Shown: piece by piece, positions 26,186 through 37,872 of the stretch
How the letters are laid out: every line of letters begins with the position of its first letter
How positions within the stretch are numbered: the first letter of the stretch is position 1
Source: Octopus vulgaris
Taxonomy: Eukaryota
Direction of reading: 5' to 3'
Length of the DNA: 64,000 nt
Assembly (NCBI GenBank): GCA_951406725.2
Contig: OX597830.1
Coordinates: forward strand, 68,696,001-68,760,000
Program-made: the position numbers and the translations under genes
The notes under the pieces: model-generated
Database searches by the model: none
The model's input: only the letters and a program-made list of their open reading frames with translations
Told to the model about the DNA's origin: nothing

Positions 26186-28452
26186 AGTCTTTGAGACTTC
26201 CCATAAGTCTTTGTTGTCAGTGTACGCATGCGTCATTTTGATGTGCACTGAAAAAGACAGTCGGCAGTGTTTAACCTGCCAAAAAGAAGCTGCTGCAAGG
26301 TAAGACTTTTGTCTCTTGAGTCCAGTGGGGGTTGTTGTCTGTGGTTATATTTTTTACAAACAAGTAGTCCTCAGTGGATTCAGGATGTTGGTCTGCTTGC
26401 GGTTCAGCAATATTGGGAGCGTATCCTTCAACCAAAAGTTGTTCACTTTTTAATAGTGCATGTTTTTACAACAACATTTACCATTTATTGGAAAGCTGTA
26501 TTTCAAGTGTCCACATTAAGTGAAAATTTTTTTCTCGTTGTGAGAAGTATAGTTTGGTGGCGTATCCTGCCACCAAAAGTTGTTCGCTGTTTGTGAATAG
26601 TGTGCATTTTTACAACTACGTTTACCAATAATTGGAAAGCTGTATTTCAAGTGAATCAGTCCAGGTTCTAATTGGAATACCATAGGGTTTGGAGTACCTG
26701 AACGCCCAGGAGATTTTTTGCTGTGTTTTGTTGAACTATTGTTTTCTTCTTCTATTGTGACTTTCTTATTGAACTGTTTGCTTTTTATCTTCTTCCCTTT
26801 TGCTTCCTTTTGATTTCTCACTTTTCTTTTTGAAATTTGTGAACTATTGTCTTTTGTTTTGGACATTTTACTTTTTAATTTAAAACATAGCAAAAATACG
26901 GATAAGATTGTAGAGTGGGAGATTGTCCCACCTAAGGAGTGGTTCAGACAGCAAGAGGGAAGAACGGTGGTGTTGAGAACGTATTCGAAGGTTCTCGACA
27001 ACATTGCCGTCATCTCCAAGCAGATGAATGAGCAGGAGTTGGTGGAACATATGCTATCCATTAAGTATATCTCTAGGGGCGTCAAATATGCAACGGTGTG
27101 GTTGCTGTTTGACACTCCAGAGAAAACTCGCAGTTTTGCGAGCCAGCCCTTTGAGGGTAAAGAAATTTTGTTTCTTCCCACTTATTGTGGGAAAAAATTG
27201 ACGAAGGCTTGGGTTTGTGGTTTGCCACCCGGAATTGAACCTCAGTGGATAGAGGATACTATCCGTCGGGGTCTGGGTGGCAGCGGAGCCAGGCTTCTCA
27301 ATGTGAAAATTCTTCCTGTGGATGATTGGGTTGGGTCAAAAGCTGTTTTGACCCTGTGAGCCCAATCAGCCATGAAGCTGGTTATGCCAGATTTTTTTTA
27401 AATGGCCGGATGCAGGTACCCGGTGATTCTTGGGGTCGCCCCCTCCCCAGGTGTCATCGGTGCCTGGAGCCAGGCCATATAAAGAAAAACTGTCCTCAGG
27501 AATAAAGCAAAGTCCTGGAGATCTCTGTAGAAGGAACGAAGACAGCCGAGGAGACGGAGGACTCCTCAAAGAAGGGCCGCTAGAGGAAGAAGGTGAGCAA
27601 CAATGGGTGCTCAACGAAGGATCCTAGAGATGAGGGAGGCGAGGCGAATCTCCCGGTCACGGAGGAGACGCGCCCTCCCTCAGTTGAGAGGAAAAAAGAG
27701 GAAGAGAAATGGGACATTGCCGGCAGTCGGTGACATAGAACCGGAATGTCCTGGAACCTTGCCGGTAGGGGTTGTGCCTCCGGCAGGGTAAGAGACGCCG
27801 TTGGGAGGAATTGTGCCCCCAGCGGTAGAATTGACTACCTCGAACCCAGAGGAAGAGGAACTATTGGTCTTCTTCTGCAGAGGAGGAGAGGTTGAAGAGG
27901 TGTTGGAAAAGTACCATAAGGGAGTAGCTTTAACCTTCACACAGGATCCCGAATGCCCTCCGTAGATAGCTGTGGAGGTCATAACGTTGCCCGTGACGTA
28001 TATGCTGCAGGGACTGAATGAGGAATAACGCTTGTGGCCGGGCGGATCCCGCCTTGGTCTTGAATGAGGCGTGGGGGATGGCGGAGTATATGGGCACAAG
28101 CGATGTTGGTGAGGAATAGTGACATGTGGTTGAAAAGACTCAGTGTTATAATGTTTATTGTATAATGTTTAATGATTATTGCATGTTATTGTGTTTAAGA
28201 GGCTTAACGCCCCAATTCTTAAATGGACTATTAGTCCAAAAATTGTAAAACTGAAGTAAGAGGTTCATTACCTCGTTTTGTCTTTTTCTGTTAAAAAAAA
28301 CGAGAGAATTATGTTTTAGAGAAGCAAAAACAGGCGGGCGTTTTTTGTCTTCTCCTATTAATATCATCCTTTTCATCATTCACCTCGTCAATGTCTTTGT
28401 CCAGCCCGCAAGCTACTCTATATCATGCCTTTATGGCAAAATTTTTTAAATA
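26186..28452 (+). mobile_element. ORF1-only retroelement, family B copy 2
   Basis: ORF frame 26847-27359 continues past a TGA to an intact knuckle CHRCLEPGHIKKNC. The 3' UTR is homologous to family A and ends at AATA|AAGTAGCTTGCT. Confidence 0.65.
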
Positions 28453-28846
28453 AAGTAGCTTGCTCACCAAACACATGGTTCCGGATTCAGTCCCACCGCA
28501 TGGCACCTTGGGCAAGTATCTTCTACTATAGCCTCGGGCCGAACAAAGCCTTGTGAGTGGATTTGGTAGACGGAAACGGAAAGAAAGCACGTCGTATATA
28601 TGTATATATATATATATGTGTGTGTATTTGTGTGTGTGTGTATATGTTTGTGTGTCTGTGTTTGTCCCACCAACCTCGCTTGACAACCGATGCTGGTGTG
28701 TTTACGTCTCCGTAACTTAGCGGTTCGGCAAAAGACTGATAGAATAATTATTAGGCGTACAAAGAATAAGTCCTGGGGTCGATTTGCTCGACTAAAGGCG
28801 GTCCTCCAGCATGGCCGCAGTCAAATTACTGAATCAAGTAAAAGAG
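28453..28846 (+). mobile_element. tRNA-derived SINE (octopus-type), remainder after the insertions
   Basis: GGTTCCGGATTCAGTCCC (B box), CACCTTGGGCAAGT (CORE-like), internal (TA)/(TG) repeat, LINE-like tail ending GTAAAAGAG. Confidence 0.85.
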
Positions 28847-31039
28847 ACAATTTTTTTAAAAATGCGAAGAGAAACATTTTCCCAAGCAGCTTTCTCTACT
28901 GGGTTTAATTTTTCTTGAAAAAGTTCATCACAGATTAGTGTGCGAATTTCTGGTCCATTAAAAACACTAGCTTTGATCTTAGCTTCACTCTTACTAGAAA
29001 CAAATTTTTCCCTGAGATATTTGAATCCTACACCGCCTTCATTTATGGCCTTAACAAAATTCTTAAATAAGCCAACTTTAATGTGTAAAGGGGGAAGATA
29101 AATTTTCTGCGAGTCAACTAAAGAGATATATTTAACGTTGTATTTCCCTGGAGTGAAATCACTTCTCTTTGGCCACTCTTTTTGATCAAAGCGATGCTTG
29201 TCATCTCTGCTTGTCCAAAAGCACAAAAAACACTGATGCGTTGTATACTCCATTTGCAACCCAAGAAGCAAACCAATAACTTTCGAGTCCCCGCATATTT
29301 TCCACTTGTGTTCAGAATGCTTAATCAAGTGCAAAATTTTATCCCTTGATTCATAAGTTTCCTTTAATCCTACAGTATGTGCTAGTGGTATTGAAAGTTT
29401 TTGATTGCTATTATGCAGCAAAGCAGCTTTTAAGCTTGCTTTTCTGGAATCTTTGAAGAGTTTCCATTCTTCAGGATTATGGCTGTACCCCACCTCACGC
29501 AGGAGTCCTTCAACATCAAAGCAAAAACAAATACCGTCTTTCTCCGTAAAAAATCCATGTAATTCTGTATGCAGTTTTCGAAAATACGAGCATTATACAT
29601 CATCGTGTTAAAGATCCCATTGTTTCAACCTGGAGCTAAGTAGTTCTGACTTTTCTTTTGTTAAACCCAAGTCTTTAACTAAATCATTTAACTCAAGTTG
29701 ACTTAATAAATAAGGAACATTTTTGAAGATCCTGGTTCATCACAGGGATGTGCTGCATCACTAGGCACGACTTCAATTGAAGTAGATGCAGTGCTTTCTT
29801 CACTTAAACTATCTTTGTCAAAAGATGAAAGAGGTTCTGGAATTTAAATATTTTCAGCACTATGAGCAACTGATATTAAAGCTGAAGGGCAATCTGGATA
29901 AATAATCTTGGATTTGTTCTTCTTTGAGAAACCTGTGATGTTAGTTAAGCAGAAATAACAATCGGTATAGTGGTTTGTTGGTTCGCGCCATATCATTGGT
30001 AATGCAAATGGCATACTTTTCCATTTACCATTCAGCCATTGGGTTAGTGCTATAGAGCAGATTTTGTAACAAACATGAGGCCCCCACAGTTTACCTTGAT
30101 ACCCAACTTTGCACCCAAAGCAAAACTTGTAAGCATTTAAAAATTTCTTTGTAAGCATATTTCTCTGATCTTTTGGTGCAAATTTTCCACACACTTAACA
30201 AAAGCTGTTCGGGTGATTAACACAAATGTTTCTGCTCATCATAAGTACATACAGTAATAACCTAAATCAACACTCAAAGAAGCCTATCAGTTAACTAAAA
30301 TATAAAATATAAAATGTAAATCATCAAAATATATTTCTCAAAAAAAAAAAAAAAAAAATTAAAATTATAGAATGTACTGAAAGTATGGCTATCATGGAAC
30401 ATTGATCACTTTAATAAATAACAAAACTACTTTTCATATAACCTGGCTCCCTATTTGATGTCCTTTGTTATGTCCTGCAGTTATCAAGAAAAGTGAGTGT
30501 GTGTGGTTTACTATAACCTAATATCAATAGCCTACCGTTAGGAGAACTTTACTATAATTACAGCGATAACGAAGTAAAATAAATTCTCATCTTTTGTAGC
30601 AATTTAACAGGTATCCTACATTTTCTTCTGATAGCACTTAACTTTGTTTCACTGATAAGTTTATGAATGAAAATCGAAAGCAAATAGCCTACTACTTTGT
30701 CAATATTATCAATTGGTTGGAAAATCTGATGCTTTGAATAAGTAAAAATTCTACACGTGCTGTCTGAAAACTGATGTCACATTGGGATTCAGCACCTTCA
30801 AGTTACTCTAAATCAGCTCAAAATGTTTAAATAGCATGACAATTTTTCTTTCTTTTTAGCCCAGGGTAATTTAACTCAAGTAAACACTGGACAGAAAATG
30901 AACACGTATCTTTTTCTTTTCTTTTTTTTTTTCAATTATTTTTTTAATAATTATTATTTAAAAAATTAACAAAGAATTCGCAAAGATATATTTACTCAAG
31001 CATCTATATGACATTTAGTGAAGCATCTGTACAAGGTAT

Positions 31040-31228
31040 CAAATTTGGGGGAAGGGTTTAAGCCGATTACATCGACCCGAGCGCGTAAGTGATACTTATT
31101 TAATCAACCCCGAGAAGATGAAAGGCAAAGTCGACCGCGGCAGAATTTGAACTCAGAATATGAAGACAAATGAAATACCGCAAAGTATTTTGCCCGGCGT
31201 GCTAACGATTTTGCTAGCTCACCGCCCT
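31040..31228. mobile_element. SINE fragment (family also at about 1050-1250, 3430-3805, 8215-8410, 57610-57750, 63190-63315)
   Basis: Recurrent GATTACATCGACCC...GATGAAAGGCAAAGTCGACC..GGCAGAATTTGAACTCAGAA motif. Confidence 0.7.
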
Positions 31229-31544
31229 TAGTCAAGCATATACATATGAACGCAATAGAAACGTTTTCGGAAAACTTTTAATTACCTTTAGTTATCTCCC
31301 TTAGGAAATCTAACTTCCTCTGCAAGGGAAATAACTCCGACTTCAATATAAAGGGGGGTAATTCAGGTTTTAAATACAATATTGATTTAAAATTTACACC
31401 GTTAAACTAACAAGGAGGTTTTTGTACAACTCGTGAAACAAAAAGAAAAAAGGCATAAGTTACTTTTGTTCAACTCACAGGTTATTAACAATTTTCTGAC
31501 TGATGCGTATATTTTTTTACGGATTCATACATACAGTCATACCA

Positions 31545-32855
31545 TACGCGGCTAAACATCGATCCAAAATGCCTTTGACTGTCGCATCATTTCCCTTCGG
31601 CAACATTTTCTAGCTATCAAGTATCGAAGTGCATCCCTTGACCAAGTTTGCATACATGAGGCTGATAGCCTTATAAGACTTGGAAGGCAGCTCCTCGAGC
31701 AACACTCTTTGTCTGATAACCTAGAATACATGCCCAAAGAAGTCGCACGACTCTACCGCAGCATATCATCAGATGAAAGGAAGAACCTATATGAACAGAA
31801 GACTTTGCATGGATATGTCAGCAGAAATCGCCGTGATGATAGTAACCTCGATCACCGAAACAGTTTATCATGGATTTATAGCCGGATTACTACCTCTCAC
31901 TTTCAAGGATATGCGTTTGCAATCCAGGAATAGGAAATATCAACCGAGTACCTGATGCATAAAGGGATAGAGATGCAAGAAAAACTGAAAGTTGTGACAA
32001 CCGATGCAGACTTTGTGGAGTTCATACTGAAGATGCCACGCATATCATAAGCAATTGTCCGAAAATGTCATCACGATATTATCTATCGATGAGACATGAT
32101 GTTGTAGCTAGAACACTCTACAATGAAATCCGTCGGAAGGATAATCCCGAGGACAAAGAAATAAGAACCGTAAGCCATGGTAGAAGCCATAGCCACTAAC
32201 AATAAAAATGTAAAGGAATACTGGTGAAATGTACCAGGGAAGACCTCAATAAAATGTAAGCACACCAGACCTGATATAAAGGCTTGGATAGAGAAGAGAA
32301 ACTGCACAATTGTGGAAATTAGCTGCCCAGTAGATGTTAACATAAAGCTGAAGATAAGTAAAAAAGAGAATACCTACGTTGAACTATTGAGAAATCTGCG
32401 TTGAACTATTGAGATCTATTGAGAATCCAGATTACAAGTTCAAGTTTATATCTGTAATTACTGGGAAACCGGTATATGTATTACACTGCCTAAATACCAT
32501 TCTTGAGAAATTAGGCTTCTCAAAACCAGAAAAGAGAAAGCTAATTCGAAGGCTACAGATCCAATCCATCACTGGAACTGTAAAAATTTGTAAAACTTTC
32601 CAGAAGTTTATCATTTAAATATATATGAGCATGTCCAGAAGTGCAACTATATGCATAAGATTACATACATAAAACATACAAATCTGCACATCCATACATG
32701 CATACATACATGCATACATACATACATACATACATACATACATACATACATACATACATACATACATACATACATACATACATACATACATACAAAAATA
32801 CCCTGCTGATGATGTTGAAATTTCAATGAAGGAGTCTTGGATCGAGGTTAGAAAG
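31545..32855 (+). mobile_element. RLE-type (R4/Dong-like) LINE, 3' portion, degenerate
   Basis: EQKTLHGY, FAIQE, CCHC finger CRLCGVHTEDATHIISNC, RPDI..W.....CTIVEISCP, and a 3' UTR containing (TACA)n. Confidence 0.8.
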
Positions 32856-32856
32856 A

Positions 32857-34548
32857 GTGAAGTGTGTGCGAATGGGACTTGCGCGCCCCCATTATCACCC
32901 TAATCAACGCCGCCGCGCAAGTTTTGTTCTCACACCACTTATCTCAACTTCTCCCCAATTAAGTCCCACGGCAATGAGCAACAGATGACGGGAGCAGGAA
33001 CTGTATGATGTTATAAGCCCTTAGTCTGGATCCTGCACATAGGTGACTCAGGCAAGACGGCCGGCTCGATCTTACCCTGGGACTGCACATCGATTCGTGT
33101 TCTACCTGCCTGACCAGGTGGACCTTTTTAGAATTCGCACCGCCTGCCTCAGCTAAAAGACGCCAATCCTTTTTCGCCTGGCCAGGAAATTACACCTGGC
33201 AGGCCATTCCATACTGTACTGGATGATTAAAAGGAAAATCCTCAAGGCCTCTCATTTTTGCAACTTGCAACATACGAACCTTGCCTCTGAACTCAAACGA
33301 TAAATGTGGATATCGCTGCACTCAGAGAAACAAGATTTCCTGATGAATGCTTTCTCACTGGGATACATATACTTCTGGAATGGAAAGGCCTTCCACAAGG
33401 CAATAATAGAATTCATGGTGTTGGATTTACTGTCCGTTCGTCATTACTGGAGAACATCTCTTCGGTTGCAACCGATATAAGTGAAAGGCTGATGACTTTC
33501 TGAATTCTCCTCAGTAACAAAGTGCAAGCCACTATCTTCAGTGTCTATTCCCCAACATTAGACACTATTAAAGACACGAAAGACACCTTCTACAAGGCTC
33601 TTAACTCGGTTTAGAGAAGGTTACGTCGCACAGACAAAGGTATTCTTGGAGATTTCAGTGCTAGAGTCGGTTCCAATGTAAACATCTGGCCCAGAGTTCT
33701 CGGTGCTCATGGGATAGGCAAATGAATACCAATGGTCTTCACCTTTTGCGCCTGTGTGCCGAGCACATTCTCGTGATTACGAAGACCATTTTTCACCAGC
33801 CCAATAAATACAAGTTCTACTGGAGACATCTTCGCTCCAAGATGTGGCATCTCCTCAATTACGTGAGCGTTCGTGAACAAGATCAGAAAGTTGTCCTCCA
33901 TATCAAATATATGCGTGATGCAGAATGTTGGACCGATCACCGCATGTATGTGTCCTTAGATCCGCCCTCCGGCCACGAAAAGCAAAGTGTTTCCCATACT
34001 CAATGTGGCCTGTTTTTCCAGCACAACGAAACAAGATAAGCTTCAAGAAAACCTCGCTACTGCCTTCCCACTTCTTCCAGCTCTTCCAGTTCCAAAAGAG
34101 CTCCATCGCAATATGGAAAAAAACATTGAGAATTATATTGAACAAATCAAGGTCGAACAGAATGAATTCAATTCACTCTGGGACTCTGCCATGTCCATCA
34201 TTCGACAAACTACTGAATCCACTCTTGGAAAAACCCACATGAAGAACCTTGATTTGTTTAATGAATCTGCAGACATCATCCAAACCCTTTTTCAGACGAA
34301 GAACCATGCTCATAACGCCCACCTCACAAATTCTTGTACCTTAGCCCCAAAGTGGTTTCTGAAGCACAAAATGTCTGGTGGCTCCGCAACTCCGAAGAGA
34401 TCCAACGGATGGCTGACGAAAATAAATCTTGCGAATTCTACAACTCGATTAAACATATATTCGGTCCTTCGCACTGCCCGATTGCACCTGCCCGTGCCTC
34501 TGACGGCAATACTTTAATTAAAGAAGAAGAAAAGATCTTTGCGCAATA
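32857..34548 (+). mobile_element. RTE-clade LINE 5' part (5' UTR plus APE endonuclease), truncated
   Basis: ATCNIRTL, VDIAALRETRF, HGVGF, SVYSPTL, GDFSARVG, HLRSKMWHLLNYV and CWTDHR; many frameshifts. Confidence 0.85.
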
Positions 34549-34549
34549 G

Positions 34550-35520
34550 ACTTCTGCTTACAAATTCAGAAACCAACAACAAATATTGAACGTGAAACTT
34601 TACAGAAGCTCAGCTGTTCATTTAAATAACGGTGCGCATGATTCTGGTTTTCAGGCTGGACACACGCTCTTATTCTCCTCGCTTGATTCCAAGAATTTCC
34701 AAGAAACATGCGAGAACGGTATTACGAGACAATGGCTTTAGTAAGTTAACATGGCTCGTCTGATATTTTCATTTTATAACATTTAATTCAAATTGACCAG
34801 AAATTAAGGATAACTTATTTCATGATCTGGGAGCAAGGTATTTCAAACTGAAACTAAAATAACTTTTGAATGATGTTAAAACGAGACACGTTTTCGATGG
34901 AGTTGCTTACTCATTTGCCCATCCATGAGTATGAGAAGAAACGATCACCATGTGGCCATATCTTGATAATATTACATGCAGATGACCCGTTGAGAATAGA
35001 TCAGATTGTTTGCGATGAAGGAAGATGGACAGTGAAGTTGTACAGGATGAAGTAAAACGGCATTTTCATGGGAGACATGTGAGTGCACCTGGAGTGATGT
35101 CGCGCTTGCACGAAAACAGAATACATAACAAATCCCATGCTATTATACTGGCTGCCAGTGCATTTGCAACAAGAATCCGTCTTTTTCAGAGAAGGTAATG
35201 AGAACGAAGCGTTAGAGAGAGACAGAGCTGCCCGTCGTAACACACCGCTGCCATCATGGTTTGTCCTTACTAAATGATACAGAAATACAAGACGCCGGTT
35301 GCATATTGATATTCCTTATCATTATGTGTGTGACAAAGGGATGACTGTTTGGAAACTACACGAGAGATGAGTAGAGAGAATTATTTCAAGACTTTAGTTT
35401 CCAAGTCCAAAGCAAGAAGAAATATTTTATCTGAGATTGTTATTGTCATATTTTGAAGAAGCTCGCACTTTTTGATGATCTTAAAACAGCTGATGGTGTA
35501 CGATATAAGTTATGATGAAA
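34550..35520 (+). pseudogene. Helitron RepHel (Rep domain) remnant
   Basis: PRNMRERYYETMA (cf. PRNMQERYQDAMA), EYEKKRSPCGHILIIL (cf. EFQKRGLPHAHIL, HUH motif), RHVSAP, LPVHLQQESVFF, SWF, DIPYHYV, YLRLLL and DLKTADGV. Confidence 0.8.
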
Positions 35521-35797
35521 TAGCTGTCATTGTTTTAAAAAAACACAAGTGGAAATATACTTTATAAATGAGTGCGACCCATTTTTTCAACTCACAGCGG
35601 GAAATGTTACATTTAAGAATTATTGGAATTAAAAAAAAAAAATTTTAACTCCAAAGTCTTTAGATACGAAATTTATCAATGGTTGCTTTAATTGTTTTGA
35701 CAAAATTTTTGGTATTTTTCGCTTGTGTGTAGTACGTACGTGTAAGCAAACACACATACATTCACATGCACGCACGCACATAGACACACAACCATAC

Positions 35798-35843
<46 letters not shown>

Positions 35844-35860
35844 GTGTATGTATGTATGTA

Positions 35861-35896
<36 letters not shown>

Positions 35897-36157
35897 CGAA
35901 TTGCCTCACCACACACCGAATTTAGAAATAGCAGTCAAAGAGTTATAGCTATTCTTTCTACTAAAAGGGAGATCTCAGTAAAAACACAGCACTTGAAAGG
36001 CAAACACAGACAGGTAAGAGAGAATGAAATAACGGCAATCTATCATACAATTTTAAGTCACCTACGGACGTACGTTTCGAAATTAAGTTTTAGGAAAGCA
36101 TAAGAATTAGATAATTATATCTTACCCAACTTCTTTTCTGTGAATGAAAGTTTGTGT

Positions 36158-36248
36158 CCTACGCTGATGAGAAAAGAAGTTGGGTAAGATATAATTATCT
36201 AATTCTTATGCTTTCCTAAAACGTAACTTCGAAACGTACGTCCGTAGG
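36158..36248 (+). ncRNA. Type I hammerhead ribozyme
   Basis: Stem I CCTACG/CGTAGG, core CTGATGA (36164-36170), GAAA (36231-36234), palindromic stem III ACGTACGT, GUC cleavage after 36242. Confidence 0.8.
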
Positions 36249-36740
36249 TGACTTAAAATTGGATGATAGATTGCCGTCATTTCATTCTCTCTTACCTGTC
36301 TGTGTTTGCCTTTCAAGTGCTGTGTTTTTACTGAGATCTCCCTTTTAGTAGAAAGAATAGCTATAACTCTTTGACTGCTATTTCTAAATTCGGTGTGTGG
36401 TGAGGCAATTTGTTGCTAAACCCTTAATTGCTTAGTATTACTTAAACTTTCCTCGAATGAGGCTTTTACATGCCGAAATCTACTTGGTTTAATTAATAAT
36501 TATTCCAAATTAATTAATTTCACCCTATATTGTTACTGATAACCATATTTCATCTCAGTAAATGACCACAGCATCTTGTCTTGGCTACACGCGGGTGGGA
36601 AGGGGCTGGTGACACAAACTTTCATTCACACTTTGAATTTGGTGGTACTGGTAACGGCTTTAGCTCGCTCTGATACTGAGTTGAGATGATGCCTTCTAGT
36701 ATCTCGAAATTTAATATACAATTATTCATAATTGTAGTGT

Positions 36741-36831
36741 CCTACGCTGATGAGAAAAGAAGTTGGGTAAGATATAATTATCTAATTCTTATGCTTTCCT
36801 AAAATTTAATTTCGAAACGTACGTCCGTAGG
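36741..36831 (+). ncRNA. Type I hammerhead ribozyme
   Basis: Same architecture; stem II GAAA/TTTC; GUC cleavage after 36825. Confidence 0.85.
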
Positions 36832-37119
36832 TGACTTAAAATTATATGATAGATTGCCGTCATTTCATTCTCTCTTACCTGTCTGTGTTTGCCTTTCAAG
36901 TGCTGTGTTTTTACTGAGATCTCCCTTTTTAGTAGAAAGAATAGCTATAACTCTTTGACTGCTATTTCTAAATTCGGTGTGTGGTGAGGCAATTCGTTGC
37001 TAAACCCTTAATTGCTTAGTATTACTTAAACTTTCCTCGAATGAGGCTTTTACATGCCGAAATCTACTTGGTGTAATTAATAATTATTCCAAATTAATTA
37101 ATTTCACCCTATATTTTTA

Positions 37120-37186
<67 letters not shown>

Positions 37187-37554
37187 GTATGTATGTATGT
37201 ATCATCTGGTGATCTTATGCCATCTCAAGCGTTAAGTCAATACCTTTTCATCCGGAATATCTTTATAAGGTGTATTGAATAGATACAAACACTTCACTTG
37301 AGGAATAAAATGCCAGCTAATAGCGATAAATCGATACGAAGTTCTTATAATGATTATCCTTCATCAAGAAGATAGATTTGAAGTAGTAACATCTCGTTCT
37401 TGACAGCCATTTCTACCTAGAAAACAGACGGGATGTTGAGGAGGAATAGTTTTTTCAAATTATTTGTATGTAAGCGTCTCATTTTATCTTTAATATATCA
37501 TGTTTTTGATTATATAATATTTTAGCCATCACAACTGAGACTCCACTTATATAA

Positions 37555-37585
<31 letters not shown>

Positions 37586-37619
37586 TGTATGTATGTATGT
37601 ATGTATGTATGTATGTATG

Positions 37620-37720
37620 ATTTTAGAGTTGTTGCTCATTTATTCACCACTGAGTATCACAAGGAACGATTGTCATGTGGCCATATCTTAATAATGTTAC
37701 ATGCAGACGACCCGTTGACA
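37620..37720 (+). pseudogene. Helitron Rep motif fragment
   Basis: EYHKERLSCGHILIMLHADDP is homologous to 34925-34990. Confidence 0.55.
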
Positions 37721-37872
37721 CAACAAGATCTCTCAATGCAGAGCAACGTTTGCATAACCAAATACCTGCCAACATGGACGACTACGTTTCGTGGAAACAA
37801 TTGTAGGGTTTACAAATAAATGTTCTTCTATACTCCTTCCTCTTGACTCCGACTTATTCAATTATACATCTA

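Larger units (their letters stand above)
19267..30866 (-). mobile_element. Chapaev3 (CMC superfamily) DNA transposon, interrupted by a SINE and a retroelement array
   Basis: TAA TSD at 19264-19266 and 30867-30869. Imperfect TIRs CACTAGGCAACAAAA / TTTTTAGCCCAGGG with matching subterminal blocks. Transposase from about 30242 to 19568 with a Chapa-type Zn finger (C..CG...HVC..IC...WREP..H..DCYFC), EWKLFKDS..SLKAALLHN, LPPLHIKVGL and SDEQGERHH...DYCW. Confidence 0.85.
35895..37123. mobile_element. Hammerhead-bearing tandem repeat (retrozyme/pLTR-like), locus 1
   Basis: Inverted partial copy 35896-36139, then direct units with 583-nt period. Flanked by (TA)n on both sides; no ORF. Confidence 0.85.

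Noticed and set aside
20469-28070. Tandem host gene family of zinc-knuckle proteins
   Set aside because: All four copies are disrupted, have intronless ORFs, are TSD-flanked and sit inside a SINE within a transposon, so a retroelement origin is more parsimonious.
19874-28464. Regularly recurring AAGTAGCTTGCT as a CRISPR-like or LTR repeat
   Set aside because: Spacing is kilobases, the context is eukaryotic and there are no TG..CA LTRs or PBS; target-site duplications explain it better.
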